Positions 38,141 through 51,500 of a DNA stretch of 64,000 nucleotides are shown piece by piece. Position 1 is the stretch's first letter; every line of letters begins with the position of its first letter. The notes beneath the pieces are model-generated. The model did no database searches, was not told the DNA's origin, and saw only the letters and a list, made by a program, of their open reading frames with translations. The position numbers and the translations under genes were made by a program. The DNA lies in the NCBI GenBank assembly GCA_951406725.2, contig OX597821.1, positions 93,744,001-93,808,000 of the forward strand. The letters are read 5' to 3'. This DNA is from Octopus vulgaris (lineage: Eukaryota).

Positions 38141-38407
38141 TACTTTATTTAAAGCAGCAGAAAATTCAACAAAACCTGTTACTCTGAGTTTCCCGTTGCC
38201 GTTCATCGGACAGTTTTTGCTAGAATTCTAGCAAAAACTGTCTGCTAGAATTCTAGCAAAAACTGTCTGATGAACGGCAACGGGAAACTCAGAGTAACAG
38301 GTTTTGTTGAATTTTCTGCTGCTTTAAATAAAGCATATTACTCTACCACTGGTATTTGAGTACTCTTTTTTCCACCTTGTTTCACATTTATGTGTTTACT
38401 CCGGTAT
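38141..38407 (+). mobile_element. Penelope-like pLTR fold-back
   Basis: Inverted arms 38141-38222 / 38252-38333 with a duplicated central palindrome; tail fragment recurs at ~55625. Confidence 0.8.
38263..38300 (+). ncRNA. Minimal type I hammerhead ribozyme motif
   Basis: CTGT-CTGATGA-A-CG GCAA CG-G-GAAA-CTC A GAG-TA-ACAG; antisense twin at 38176-38213 has core CCGATGA. Confidence 0.75.
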
Positions 38408-38419
38408 CATCAGCAGCAG

Positions 38420-39070
38420 CATCATCATCATCATCATCGTTTAACGTCCGCTTTCCATGCTAGCATGGGTTGGACGGCTTGACTGAGGGCTGGCAAACCA
38501 GATGTCCTCACCAGGCTCCAATCTTTAACTGGCAGAGTTTCTACAGCTGGATGCCCTTCCTAATGCCAACCACTCAGAGAGTGTAGTGGGTGCTTTTGCA
38601 TGTCACCGGCACGGGGAGGGGCAGTCAGGCAGTACTGGCAACGAACGTATATGTATATGAATGTATATATGCATCTTTGTATATATGTATGTGTGTATAT
38701 GTAAGTGTGTGTGTGTATGCATGCGTGCATGTGTGTGTATCATCATCCTCATCATCATCATCCTCATTTAACATCCAATGTCCATGCTGGCATGGGTTGG
38801 ATGGTTTGATCAGGGCTGGCAAGCTGGAAGGCTGCACCAGACTCTCCAGTCTAATTTAGCATGGTTTCTATGGCTGGATGCCCTTCCTAATGCCAACCAC
38901 TTCGAGAGTGTAATGGATGCTTTTATGTGATACTGGCAAGAGTGCTATTTGCATGACAAAATATCTGCCACAACCGTGATTCTACTTGGCTTGATGGGTC
39001 TTCTTCTCAAGCACAGCATAATGCCAAAGGTCTCGGTCATTTGTGATTCCCTCTGTGAAGCCCAACACTC
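38420..39070 (-). mobile_element. Two RTE LINE 3' ends
   Basis: Second copy retains the ORF end VLGFTEGITNDRDLWHYAVLEKKTHQAK*, linking family E to an RTE ORF. Confidence 0.8.
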
Positions 39071-39201
39071 GAAAGGTACTTAAATCATCAGTAGTTCATA
39101 CATCGGAAATAAAAGCACACTCTAAGGCATCAGAGTAGTAATATGTCTTTTAGGAAGTTAACATTTACCAATTCCCTGACCAGCCATAACGTTTAACTAC
39201 C

Positions 39202-39230
<29 letters not shown>

Positions 39231-39232
<2 letters not shown>

Positions 39233-39407
39233 GGTGCAGGAGTGGCTGTGGGGTAAGTAGCTTGCTAACTAACCACATGGTTCCGGGTTCAGTCCCACAG
39301 CGTGGCATCTTGGGCAAGTGTCTTCTGTTATAGCCCCGGGCAGACCAATGCCTTGTGAGTGGATTTGGTAGACGGAAACTGAAAGAAGCCTGTCGTATAT
39401 ATGTGTG

Positions 39408-39440
<33 letters not shown>

Positions 39441-39642
39441 TTGTGTTTGTCCCCCTATCATTGCTTGACAACTGATGCTGGTGTGTTTACATCGCCGTCA
39501 CTTAGCGGTTCGGCAAAAGAGACCGATAGAATAAGTACTGGGCTTACAAAGAATAAGTCCCGGGGTCGATTTGCTTGACTAAAGGCGGTGCTCCAGCATG
39601 GCCGCAGTCAAATGACTGAAACAAGTAAAAAAGTAAAAGAGT
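39231..39642 (+). mobile_element. SINE family B
   Basis: Full copy. Confidence 0.92.
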
Positions 39643-39894
39643 ATATAAATATAATTATTATTTGAGGGAATAAAATCCAAACTTACAAGGAAAAAAAGTT
39701 CAATTTATTATATACGTTTTTGTTATCATTTTTTGCAGTTTACTTAATCATTGACATTTTATTGTTATTTTAATTTTAATATTTCTATTATATGTAATTT
39801 TCTAGATGGTGTAATTTTGAATTGATAAGAGGGTTTTTTTTTTTCTAATTTTATATATATATATATATAAAGTGTAGGTGGAATATGAGTGGGT

Positions 39895-40206
39895 ATATAT
39901 TTATAAAAAAGAAGTTTGAAAACAAAACTCTATAAGATAAATTTGTATTTTCTTAAAGATTTTACGTTTCAGTTCGTCTTGAAAAAACAAACCTTATCAA
40001 AAATATTTTTAAAAGTTAAGTGTAATAAAAACGTTCATAATTGTTTGTTACTAGTCTCAACAGAGTTCAGGTGGACTCTGTTGAGACTAGTAAGAAACAA
40101 TTATGAACGTTTTTATTACAAGAAGAACCGAAACATGTAAAATCTCCAAGAAAATTAAAATTTATCTTATATAGTGGCGTTTTCAAACTTCTTTTTTATA
40201 AATATA
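39895..40206. repeat. A-x-B-B'-A' fold-back with degenerate hammerhead on the minus strand
   Basis: Inner arms around AGAGTTCAGGTGGACTCT; minus TTGATAA-GGTTTGTT/GACGAACT-GAAA-CG-TA at ~39958-40012. Confidence 0.8.
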
Positions 40207-40280
40207 TATATATGTGTGTGTGTGTGTCATGGTTTGTAATCATTTAAAAGAAAGTGAGAAAATGAAGATATAGCATTTAA

Positions 40281-40500
40281 CCCTTTCGTTACCAACCCGG
40301 CTGAAACCATCTCTGGCTCTAAGTACAAATGTCTTGTTTACATAAGTTTTGAATTAAAATCTTCCACCAAACCTTAGTCACAGTTTATGTTCCTAACACT
40401 AGCTTAATGATAACCAAGTTATTTTACTAAATTCTTTGTTATATCTAACGTAATTGAAAGAAACACAGAGCATCTCAAAAAAAATACAGAAACGAAAGGG
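40281..40500 (-). mobile_element. piggyBac-like MITE
   Basis: TTAA TSD; CCCTTTCGTT TIR. Confidence 0.88.
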
Positions 40501-40630
40501 TTAATAAAAATTTATTATCAGCAAAAATCAAACATAGTCTCTTACAGCTGTTTCAATTCAGCCTAAAAGATTAAATAGCAATTATTAAAATATATATATA
40601 TATTGGAAGGTTTGGAGATGATGTACAGGT

Positions 40631-40907
40631 ATTATATATTAGAAGAAATGAGGTACTCAGAATATCGGATGGTTTATATTTACAGATATTTATTTGTATA
40701 TTACATTTTTTATATATATATCATATATGTCCCCCTACATGGCCTTGCTTTTTGCTTTTTGAGCCAAAAAATTAACTAACTAACTAACTTAGATCATTAG
40801 TGCTTTCTCCACTAATGATCTAAGTGATATGATATATATATAAAAATGTAATATACAAATAGATATCTGTAAATATAAACCATCCGATCTTCTGAGTACC
40901 TCATTTC

Positions 40908-40917
<10 letters not shown>
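40631..40917. repeat. A-x-B-B'-A' fold-back
   Basis: ~95-bp outer arms; inner ACTTAGATCATTAGTG/CACTAATGATCTAAGT. Confidence 0.88.
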
Positions 40918-40980
<63 letters not shown>

Positions 40981-41055
40981 AAATATTAGGGAATAAATCC
41001 AAACTTACAGGGAAAAATCAGATTTAGGATTGAATCCAATTTTATAGTAAAACAT

Positions 41056-41141
41056 TATATTATATTAAATTAGAGATAAAACCACTATTAGGCAAATCAC
41101 TATTTGCCTAATAGTGGTTTTATCTCTAATTTAATATAATA
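41056..41141. repeat. Hairpin inverted repeat
   Basis: ATTATATTAAATTAGAGATAAAACCACTATTAGGCAAAT and its reverse complement with a short loop. Confidence 0.9.
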
Positions 41142-41850
41142 TATATATATATATATGTATATATATGCAGCAGGCTTCTTTTAGTTTCCATCTTCCATGT
41201 TTACACACAAGACTTTGCTTAACTTGGGCCGATGATAGAAGACACTTTAGCAAGTTGCCACACAATGGGACTTAACTCAAAACTACATGGTTGAGAAGCA
41301 AATTTAAACACATAGCCATACCTATGTTTAGAGTAATGATAAAGATAGAAAATTACAAATCTTCCAATCAGAATGGTAAAACCTCTCTTTGTCAATAGAT
41401 TAAACTTTACATTAGAAAGCAATGGGACTCAAGCGCTTACCAGGGCTTTAAAAAGATGCATACACAAAAAGGGAGGTAAAAATGATTGTAAACTAATTCC
41501 CATAAATTACAGAGTCGTTTCTTTATCTCATTATATGATTGTCAAAATTCCTCTCCGGAGACAGAGCAATGACCTTTCAGCTTCAGATTGTACCCTAGAG
41601 TTTAAATCAAGTCAAGAATAAATATAGAAATGCAACTGTTATGCGTTAAAGCAATTCCCAAATTTCCAAAATAAATGGAAATTACAAGAATGTAATATTG
41701 ATGATTCCGCTTTGGTTTGGAGGAGAAAGTTTTATGTGTAATGTTTAGAATCTTTGTACTCTGATATTAAGCCAACAAGGGAGCTTTTAAGTGGTTGTCT
41801 AAAATGCCTGCTAGATATAGCAGCTAAATCTCTATCGAATCTTCATACTA

Positions 41851-42512
41851 GGGCAACTGATACCGGGAGAACTCATTCCTGGACAACTCATATCGGACAA
41901 CTCATATCAGACAACTCATACCTGGACAATTGATATCTAGACCAACTGATACATAGGACGACTCATAACAGGTATAAAGTGATAAAGATATAATTTTCAA
42001 AGAAATATCAATTAAGAATAAATTAGCTGCACACGCACACACATGCACAAAAATACATACACATACACACACCACACACACACAAACAAATACACACACC
42101 ACACACACACACAAACAAATACACACACCACACACACACAAACAAATACACATACCACACTTATGCACACACACACATACACACACACACACACACAAAT
42201 AGACACCACACTTGCACACCACGCACACGCGCACACACTTACACACACCACAAGCATATGCACACATACACACACACACACACCAGTACACACCACACAC
42301 ACACCTCACTCACATGTACATGCACGCACACACACATACACACACACCACATACACACATACACAAATACACACTGCACATACAACACACATGCACACAC
42401 ATACATACACACACTACACACATGCACAAATACAAACCACACACACACCACACATGCACGCACACACAATTAGACACCCAAATACACACTGCACACGCAC
42501 ATACACACTCAT

Positions 42513-42546
<34 letters not shown>

Positions 42547-42744
42547 GCAAAATCTCTTTCGAAATTAAAATCTTTATCACCTTATACCTGTTATGAGTTG
42601 TCCTATATGTCAGTTGTCCTATAAGTCAGTTGTCCTATAAGTCAGTTGTCCTATATATCAATTGTCCTAGATATCAATTGTCCTAGATATCAATTGTCCA
42701 GGTATGAGTTGTCTGATATGAGTTGCCCCTTGTATCAGTTGCCC
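41851..42744. mobile_element. MITE with long subterminally repetitive TIRs (PIF/Harbinger-like) and CA-rich core
   Basis: CTA|GGGCAACTGATAC...GTATCAGTTGCCC|CTA; arrays of GGACAACTCATAT-like units in both arms. Confidence 0.8.
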
Positions 42745-42959
42745 CTAGAACCCAAATCTTACCCTAGTGCAGTAGTTTCCCAACCATTTCATTACCAAAA
42801 CCCTCTTTTCCTCCTCCTCCTCCTCCTCTTCCTCTTCCTCTTCCTCCTCCTCCTCATCATCATCATCACCATTTTAATGGTCGATATTCCATGTATGTGT
42901 TTGGTCGGATGGAGTTTATTGAGGCAAATTTTCTTAATCTGAATGCCCTTCCTGATATC

Positions 42960-43193
42960 TGTTTCTTTATTGCCCACGAGGGGCTAAACATAGAGGGGAC
43001 AAACAAGGACAGACAAACGGATTAAGTCGATTACATCGACCCCAGTGCGTATCTGGTACTTAATTTATCGACCCCGAAAGGATGAAAGGCAAAGTCGACC
43101 TTGGCGGGATTTGAACTCAGAACGTAACAGCAGACGAAATACGGCTACGCATTTCGTCCGACATGCTAACGTTTCTGCCAGCTCGCCACCTTT
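42960..43193 (-). mobile_element. SINE family A
   Basis: TSD TGATATC. Confidence 0.9.
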
Positions 43194-43444
43194 TGATATC
43201 AACCCTCACCTGTCTCCAACCAAGGTAATATTTCTCCACGACATGTTTTTACAGAGTATTGGAAATAAACGATACCACTTCTATGGCAGTGACACTCAGT
43301 TACAACTACCTGATGACGTCAAGACAAGGAGAGGCAAACATTCACACACTCACATATACTCATACATACATACACACACATACATATATCTTATTTATAT
43401 GCGAAGATTGTTTTCAGTTTTAATAAAAATTAATAAAAAGTATA

Positions 43445-44265
43445 TAGGAACGGCTGTGTAGTAAGAAGCTTGCTTCCCAACCACATGGTTTAAGGGTTCA
43501 GTCCTACTGCATGGCATCTTGGGCAAGTGTATTCTTCTATGGCTTCAGGCCAACCAAAGCCTTGTGAGTCGATTTGGTAGACAGAAACTGTAAGAAGCCC
43601 AATATATTTATATATATATATATATATATATGTGTGTATATCTATCAATGTGTGTGTGTCTGTATTTGTCCCCACCCATCACCACTTGAGAACCAGTGTT
43701 GGTGTGTTTACATTCCCATAAGTTAGCAGTCCAGCAAAAGAGACCAGTAGAATAAGTACCAGGCTTAAAAAATAAGGGCTGGTGTTGAGTCATACAACTA
43801 AAAATTCAAGGCAGTGCCCCAGCATGGCCACAGTCTAATGACTGAAAACAAGTAAAAAGAGAGAGAGAGACACACACAGGAGTGGTTGAGTGATAAGTAG
43901 CTTGCTAACCAACCACATGGTTCCAGGTTCAGTCCTACTGCATGGCACCTTGGCCAAATGCTTCTACTCAAGCCTCGGGCCAACCAAAGCCTTGTGAGTG
44001 GATTTGGTAGAGGGAAACTGAAAGAAGCCTGTCATATATGTGTGTGTGTTTGTGTGTCTCTGTTTATCCCCCATCATCGCTTACAACCAATGTTGGTGTG
44101 TTTACGCACCCGTAATTTAGCAGTTTGGCAAAAGAGACCACTAAAATGAGTACTAGGCTTACAAAGAATAAGTCCTAAGGACAACTTGTTTGACTAAAGG
44201 TGGTGCTCCAGCATAGCTGCAGTCAAACGACTGAAACGAATAAAAGAATGAAAGAATAAAAGAAT
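43445..44265 (+). mobile_element. Two adjacent SINE family B copies
   Basis: 43445-43860 and 43876-44265 each have head, body and tail. Confidence 0.85.
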
Positions 44266-44525
44266 ATACAAGTAAGCACATAAATGCCTGTATGCATGAA
44301 TGACCACAGTTTTTCTTAGCTTGATAATGTCTTCTCAAGCATTGTATATCACCAGAATTCTCACCATGTCACCACGACTCTCAACAACCATACCAATGAG
44401 TCAGGGAAGAAGTTTCTGTGATGGCTCGACATACTAGAAATAGCAGAGCATGTCCTACCATACGGAAAATTGAAGGATACATTGAAAATATATTTTCAGA
44501 TGATTCCTGAATAAAGAGGTTTGGT

Positions 44526-45043
44526 GCAGTAAAGCGAGTAGCCGCATCAAAGTGGCAGATGAATGTTGCTACTAGTTTAACCCTAGGCGGATTCTTCCAC
44601 TTGCTGGTTTGCGGTGCAAGCTCTGCACCCTTCATGTACAATACATCACTAGCAGGGGGAGCGAACCCCTACTATCCCCCAACAGCTGACAGGATCACAG
44701 GACCAGCCAGTTTCGAGTTGTTTGGCTCACGTCAGCCATGCCCACCTGTACAGTCGAGTGATAGCTAAGATCCGCTTCTGACAGCAATATATTGTAAACA
44801 AAGTGACCGTCGGTCACTGATCTGCAACAAGCAAAGTAGCTAGTTATAAAATCTCAAGAAGAGATAGAGTAGTAACATATACTAAACAGTAAAGCAAGTA
44901 GCTACATCAAAGTAGCAGATGAATGTTATAACTAGTTTAACCCCAGGCGGTTTCTCCACCAGCTGGTTTTCCATGTAGGCTACTCGCTTTACTGTTTAGT
45001 GTACACTACTACTCAATCTCTTCTTGAGATTTCATAACTAGCT
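44526..45043 (-). mobile_element. Penelope-like partial tandem plus inversion, hammerhead motif at 44696-44740
   Basis: Direct repeat 44527-44610 / 44888-44970; inverted arms 44838-44905 / 44978-45043; minus CATGG-CTGACGT-GAG..CTC-GAAA-CTGGCTGG-TC-CTGTG. Confidence 0.65.
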
Positions 45044-45441
45044 ATTTTCCTTGTTGAAGTTTGGTGGTTTTAGCTAGAATGTTTTTGATTATGTGTGTGT
45101 GTGTGTGTCTGTTTTGATGGTTCTTTGAATTTGGAGTTCTAATTCTACTGAAGTCGATTTTGCCCTTTCTTCCTTTTTGGGATAAAGAACAAGTCAAGCA
45201 TCGGAGATGATTTATATTCCTATAATGCACTTGAGATGCAAAAGAAATTATAAAAGAAGTAGAGGACTGCCCTGAGGCTAAATAAACAACAACATCAACA
45301 ACAAAAATTTATATCTAAAAAAAAAAATAATAAATGCCTTCAGCACATTAGGATAGAGACCCTTGACAGCCATTGCTTAACTCCAATTTCATGACATGAA
45401 TCAGATAAGAGAAAAATTTCCCTCTTAATAACATGCCAATT

Positions 45442-45801
45442 TCATCATCATCATCATCATCATCATCGTCGTCGTCGTCATCACCATCATCATTATCACC
45501 ATCATCACCATCACCATCATCATCGTTGTCATTGTTGTCGTCATCATCATCACCATCATCGTTATCATTATCAACATCATCGTCGTTGTCGTCATCATCA
45601 CCATCATCATCATCATCATCATCGTCATAGACATCGTCATCGTCATCATCATCATCATCATCATCATCACCATCATCATCACCATCGTCATTGTAATTAT
45701 CAACATCATCGTCATTGTCGTCATCATCACCATCATCATCGTTGTCGTCATCATCATCATCACCATCGTCGTAATCATCATCGTCATTGTCATCATCATC
45801 G

Positions 45802-45841
<40 letters not shown>

Positions 45842-45860
45842 TGTCATCGTTATCGTCAGC
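45442..45860. repeat. Degenerate (CAT)n microsatellite
   Basis: CAT/CGT/CAC trinucleotide array. Confidence 0.95.
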
Positions 45861-46440
45861 AACATTGTTATTTTAACATCCACTTTTCCTTCCATGTTTT
45901 CAGGGATCAGACAAAACTTACAGAGACAGACTTTTTTCTATGACCAGATGCTCTCCCAGATTAGACAATACTTACTCTTAAACCCTTACTTGTAGGTTTA
46001 CCAGTTCCAATCAAACCATCTAACCCATGCCAGCATGGAAAGCGGGTGTTAAATGATGATAATGAAGATGAAATTTCTTATCTTAACAGTCAATTTCTGT
46101 ATTAACCATGAGGTTGAGAAAAAGAGGGGACGATACGAGGACAAACAAAACAAACATTGGGGTTAGGGTATCGAATGAGACAAAACGTATGAATAAACAA
46201 ATAATTAAAATATATACACTGTTGTATTTAGAAATGGTCATTTTGCCAGTTTAGCCAATAAAAACACACACACTATATATTTGGTGTTACTTTGCTTAAG
46301 CGTAACACCAAATATATAGTTATAAATATAAAGTTAATTAGCAAAACTACATGGGAAAATAGGGTTTCACTTGTGCAAGTTAAAATCCAGTCAGTTTAGG
46401 GAAAAAGTATAACCACAGAAACATCAGAACAACATACAAC

Positions 46441-46444
<4 letters not shown>

Positions 46445-46483
<39 letters not shown>

Positions 46484-47220
46484 CTTTCTTTCACTCTCTC
46501 ACACTGACTCTCTCACTCTCTCACTCTTTTCTCTCCCTCTCCCTCTTTCTCTCTCTCCCCTCTCTCACTCACTCTCTCTATGACACTCTCTTTCTCTCCC
46601 GATCTCTCTTTTTCCCTCTCTCTCCCTTCCTCTCCCTCTCTCCCTCTCACTCTCTCTTTCTCTCTCTTGCTCTCTTCTCTCTCTTACTCTCTTCTCTCTC
46701 TTGCTGTCTTCTCTCCCCCACTCTCTTTCTCTCTCTTCCTTCTCTCCTCTCTCTTTCTCTCTCTCACTCTCTCCCCACTTTCTCTTCCTCTCTCCCTCTT
46801 ACACTCTCTTTCTCTCGCTCTCCCGCTCTCTCTTTCTCTCCCTCCCTCTCTCTCCATCTCTCATTCTCCCTCTCTCTCCTTCACTTCCTTCTCTCCCTCT
46901 CTCTCTCCATCTGTCCCTCTCTCTCTCTCCATTCTTTCTTTCCCTCTCTCCCTCTCACTCTCTCTCTCTCTTCTATCACTCTCTCTCTCCTCTCTCTCTC
47001 CTCTCTCCTCTCTCTCCCTCTCTCCTCTCTCTTTCTCTCTCTCACTCTCTTTCTCCCTCTCTCCCTTTCTTTCACTCTCTCTTGCTCTCCCTTTTTCCCA
47101 CTTTCTCTATCTCTCTCCCCTCATTCCCTCTCTCTTTCCCTCTCTCACGCTCTCTCTCTCCTTCACTCTCACTCTCCCTCTCCCTTCTCTCTCCCTCTTT
47201 TTTTCTCTCTCTTGCTCTCC
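46445..47220. repeat. CT-rich low-complexity tract
   Basis: Polypyrimidine, (CT)n-derived. Confidence 0.95.
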
Positions 47221-47977
47221 CACACATCTGATAAAGTCAAACAAGAGACCCCCACCCCCCACCCCCGTATGCACCCCAATAAGCAAGCATTTCCAGGAAG
47301 AACAAAATCATGGACAGGAAGGTGGAACGCAAAACATGGGACAAAAGAGAGAGAGAGATGACCATGAAGACAACACCACAATGGTGGCAACCACATGAGG
47401 AGCGGTGAGAGTGGTGAAAGTAAAGCGGGGGTGGTTTGAAGAAGTGAGGGGAAGAGACCGGAGAAGAGGCAAAAGCGGAGGAGGAGCCTAAAGAAGACAC
47501 TTCCTTCAGGAAATATCCAGCATCAACAATGGAGTGATGATGTAGAATGATGAAGTGGACAAATGAAAATCAGAGGAGAGAACTGCCATTGGATTGTGGG
47601 AAAGAAGCTGGGATGTTTTCTATCTAAAACAAATAAAGAAAAGTAAAGAAAAACATAAAAATAACAGACGCCAAAAAAAATAATAATATCCCCCCCCCCC
47701 GCCACCAACTCTTATTGTCAAAAAATCAAAACATGGAAATAAAATAGGATGAAAAAATATATAAATAGATAAAAACAATTTAAAATTTTAAAAATTAAAT
47801 TCCAAATTTTAATGTTAAATCTAGAAATAATCTTCTTAAAATATTTTTGTACTTTTCATTGTTTGGTTTTGTTTTATCTCAAATATTTTATTATTTTGTT
47901 GTTGTTTTTTGTTTGTTTGTTTTAGTTTTGTTTTGTGAATATTGTTACTTTGTTGTTAAGGGGGTGGATTGTGTATG

Positions 47978-48420
47978 AGAGATAGAGATACAGAGAGAGA
48001 GAGAGACAGAGAGAGAAGGAGAGAAAGAGAAAGGGAGAAAGTGAAAGAGAGAGGGGGAGAGAGAAAGAGAAAGAGAGAGGGATAGAAAGAAAAAGAGAGT
48101 GAGAAAGAAAGAAAGAGAGAGAGAGAGTGGTAGAGAGAGGAAGATGAAGAGAGGAGAAATTAGAGAGAGATGGAAAGTAATGGAGAGAAATATAATGACA
48201 GACACAGAGAGAGACTGAGAGATAGTTAGATAAAGAGACATATACAAAGACAATAAAACAATAGAGAAAGAGACAGAGAGAGAGAGAGAGAGAGAGCAAG
48301 AGAAAGAAGAAAATAAGGGTTATATATATAGAGAGAGAGATTAAGCCAGAAAGAGAGACAGACAAGGCAGACAGATAGGGAGACAGAATAAGAGAGAGAC
48401 ACAAAGAAATAAAGAGAAGG
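47978..48420. repeat. GA-rich low-complexity tract
   Basis: Polypurine, (GA)n-derived. Confidence 0.9.
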
Positions 48421-49039
48421 TGGAATGGGAGGGAGGGAGGACAGGTTGATTTTTAGAAAGAACGGAAGAAGATTTATGGAATCTACAAGAGAGATTAAGA
48501 GCTTGTCTTAGTCTTAAACTGATGGCAACAAAAATATAAATTATCACCATGTCTTCTATTGGAAGTGTTGTGGAGGATGGGTAAGATCGTGTCTGCTAAG
48601 GTGTGGTGGAAGGTGACTGAAAGATTTGTGGCCGAGGTAAAAGAGGAAAGTAAAGGAGAGAAACAGTCGATTGTTAAACCGTAAGATTAAGGACATTTGC
48701 CTCCAGCATTGTGTTGAACCCTTAGGCAAGGCTTTTTTCTTCGTGTATTCATGAGCAATGTCAGCTGTCAGCCTCTATGGCTGAGCAATCATTCCCACTG
48801 CTCTACAATATATTTCGATCAATCTTACTTGGAAAATGATGACATTGGCTGCCATGTGTTTTACTTACGCCTGTAAAAACAATTGCTGCAAAGCTTCTTC
48901 ATTGTTGATGCAGGCATGGCTGTGTATTAAAGAAGCTTGCTTTGCTACCATGTGGTTTATATTGATTCAATCCCACTGCACAGGACCTTGGGCAAACATC
49001 TTCTTCTCAAGACCCTGACTGATTAATGCCTTACAAGTA

Positions 49040-49365
49040 AGGCACGTAAAAGGCACCATCCAAACGTGGCCGATGCCAGCGCCACCTTGACTGGCTTCCG
49101 TGCCAGTGGCACGTAAAAAGCACCAACCAATCGTGGCCATTGCCAGCCTCCCTTGGCACCTGGGCCAGTGGCACGTAAAAAGCACCCACTACACTCACAG
49201 AGTGGTTGGCGTTAGGAAGGGCATCCAGCTGTAGAAACACTGCCAGATCAAACTGGAGCCTGGTGCAGCCTCCTGGCTTCCCAGACCCTGGTCGAACCAT
49301 CCAACCCATGCTAGCATGGAAAACGGACGTTAAACGATGATGATGATGATGATGATGATAATGAT
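49040..49365 (+). mobile_element. RTE LINE 3' UTR with a single 67-bp-type unit
   Basis: Three GGCACGTAAAA motifs; (GAT)n tail. Confidence 0.85.
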
Positions 49366-49505
49366 GAAACTATGTGGAAACCTATCGTAAATGCATACAT
49401 TTCATCATCATCATTTAATATTCGTGTTCCATGCTGGTATGACATGGACATCTCTTATGGAAATGCTGTGTTAAAAATATTGATATGTAATTTCAATTAA
49501 ATACT

Positions 49506-49736
49506 TATTTCTTTACTACCCACAAGGAGCTAAACACAGAGGGGACGAACAAGGACAGACAAACGGATTAAGTCAATTACATCGACCCCAGTGCATAACT
49601 GGTGCTTAATTTATCGACCCCAAAAGGATGAAAGGCAAAGTCGACCTCGGCGGAATTTGAACTCAAAACGTAACGGCAGACGAAATACGGCAACGCATTT
49701 CGCCCGGCGTGCTAACGTTTCTGCCAGCTCGCCGCC
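49506..49736 (-). mobile_element. SINE family A, full length
   Basis: 15-bp TSD TTTCAATTAAATACT. Confidence 0.93.
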
Positions 49737-50257
49737 TTTCAATTAAATACTGACTCAGTTGCACATACTGGATTTTTAATCAACCAAGTGGTTATTTGTC
49801 ATATCAGTGAATGTTTTAATCACTTTCTCCAATATCAGAGATGATGAATTTTTGTCCAAGCATGTGGATAGTTGCAAGTATGTATCACTGGAAAGACCTA
49901 AAAAGGACATTATGCAATGGGCATTCTCACTGGCTGCTGCAGGAAGGAATTTCCATCTCTCTCTGAGATCTATTTGTATATGTAACACACGTCCATAAGA
50001 GATGTTATTTCAGGGCAAATACTCCAGCAAACTGGCCTTTCAACAGTATGTATGATACATAGATGTCTATTTTAACTGAATGCAGCATCAGTTGCATATC
50101 CATTTATTGTATCCGCCCACTATTCTTGGGAGGGTCATAGTGACAGAAACCTCGGGTATAACTTCCATGGGATCCTATCAACAACAAATATTAGTTACCC
50201 AATCCAACATTGATTGTGATACCACAACTGCAGATAATGGATGTGTGTCTGTGCACG

Positions 50258-50295
<38 letters not shown>

Positions 50296-50694
50296 CGCGC
50301 CTGTGTGCTTGTGTTTTCCTATTTGTGTTAATCCTACCACCACCACCACAACTGTTGGGAACTGGTGTTAGTTTGTTTACATCCTCATAACTAAGGAGTT
50401 TGGCAAAGACTTATAGAATAAGTACTGAGGTTGACTTGTTTGACCAAGCCCTTCAGGTCAGTACCCCGGCATAACTGCAGTCCGGTGACTGAGACAAGTA
50501 AAAGGTAAAAAATAAAGTAGTAGTAGATTTAGTAGTGTCACACCAGTGCAGATTAGTCACTTATCACATTTGTAGCACTATACACCTATCAGAAGTTCAT
50601 CTCTTTTCACAACTATTTCTTTAACTACAGTTATATGTCCTAAGAGAGGCGGAGTTATGAACAAAAAATAACACCTTTTGAGTTTGAATTTGGA

Positions 50695-50695
50695 A

Positions 50696-50767
<72 letters not shown>

Positions 50768-51199
50768 CAGCAGTAGCAGTGGCATAGCGGTAGCAGTGGT
50801 GGACACAGCAGTGTTAGTGGTGATGGTGGTGGTGGTGGTGGTGGTGGTATTGGTGCTGGTGCTGGTCATCATCATTGTTGTTGGCGTTGTTGCTGTGGTC
50901 GTTCTCATGGTAGTGGTGGTGGTGGTGGTGGTGGTGGTGGTCATTGTTGTCTTCACTGTCATGGTCATCGCCGTCATTGTGGTATTTATCATTATTGTCA
51001 TAGTAGCAGTAGTAGCAGTAGTAGCAGTAGTGGTGGTGGTGGTGGTGGTCGTTGTTGCTATCATCCTCATCCTCATTCTTGGTCTCGGCCGCATCCTCAT
51101 CATAATATTGTCCTCATAATTTCCATGCTGTCCGTCATCATCATCATCATCATCATTGCCATTGTCATTGTTCTCATAGGAGTAGTGGTAGTGGTGGTG

Positions 51200-51241
<42 letters not shown>

Positions 51242-51250
51242 GTAGTAGTG

Positions 51251-51313
<63 letters not shown>

Positions 51314-51449
51314 GTAGTAGTGGTGGTGGTGGTGCTGGTGCTGGTGGTGCTGGTGGTGCTGGTGGTGCTGGTGCTGGTGCTGGTGGTGGTGCTGGTGGTG
51401 CTGGTGCTGCTGCTGGTGCTGGTGGTGGTAGTAGTAGTAGTAGTAGTAA

Positions 51450-51500
<51 letters not shown>
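50695..51500. repeat. Compound (TAG)n/(TGG)n/(CAT)n microsatellites
   Basis: Trinucleotide arrays. Confidence 0.95.

Noticed and set aside
49776-49998. Short ORFs on both strands in unique-looking DNA
   Set aside because: No motif and no convincing splice-site pair.
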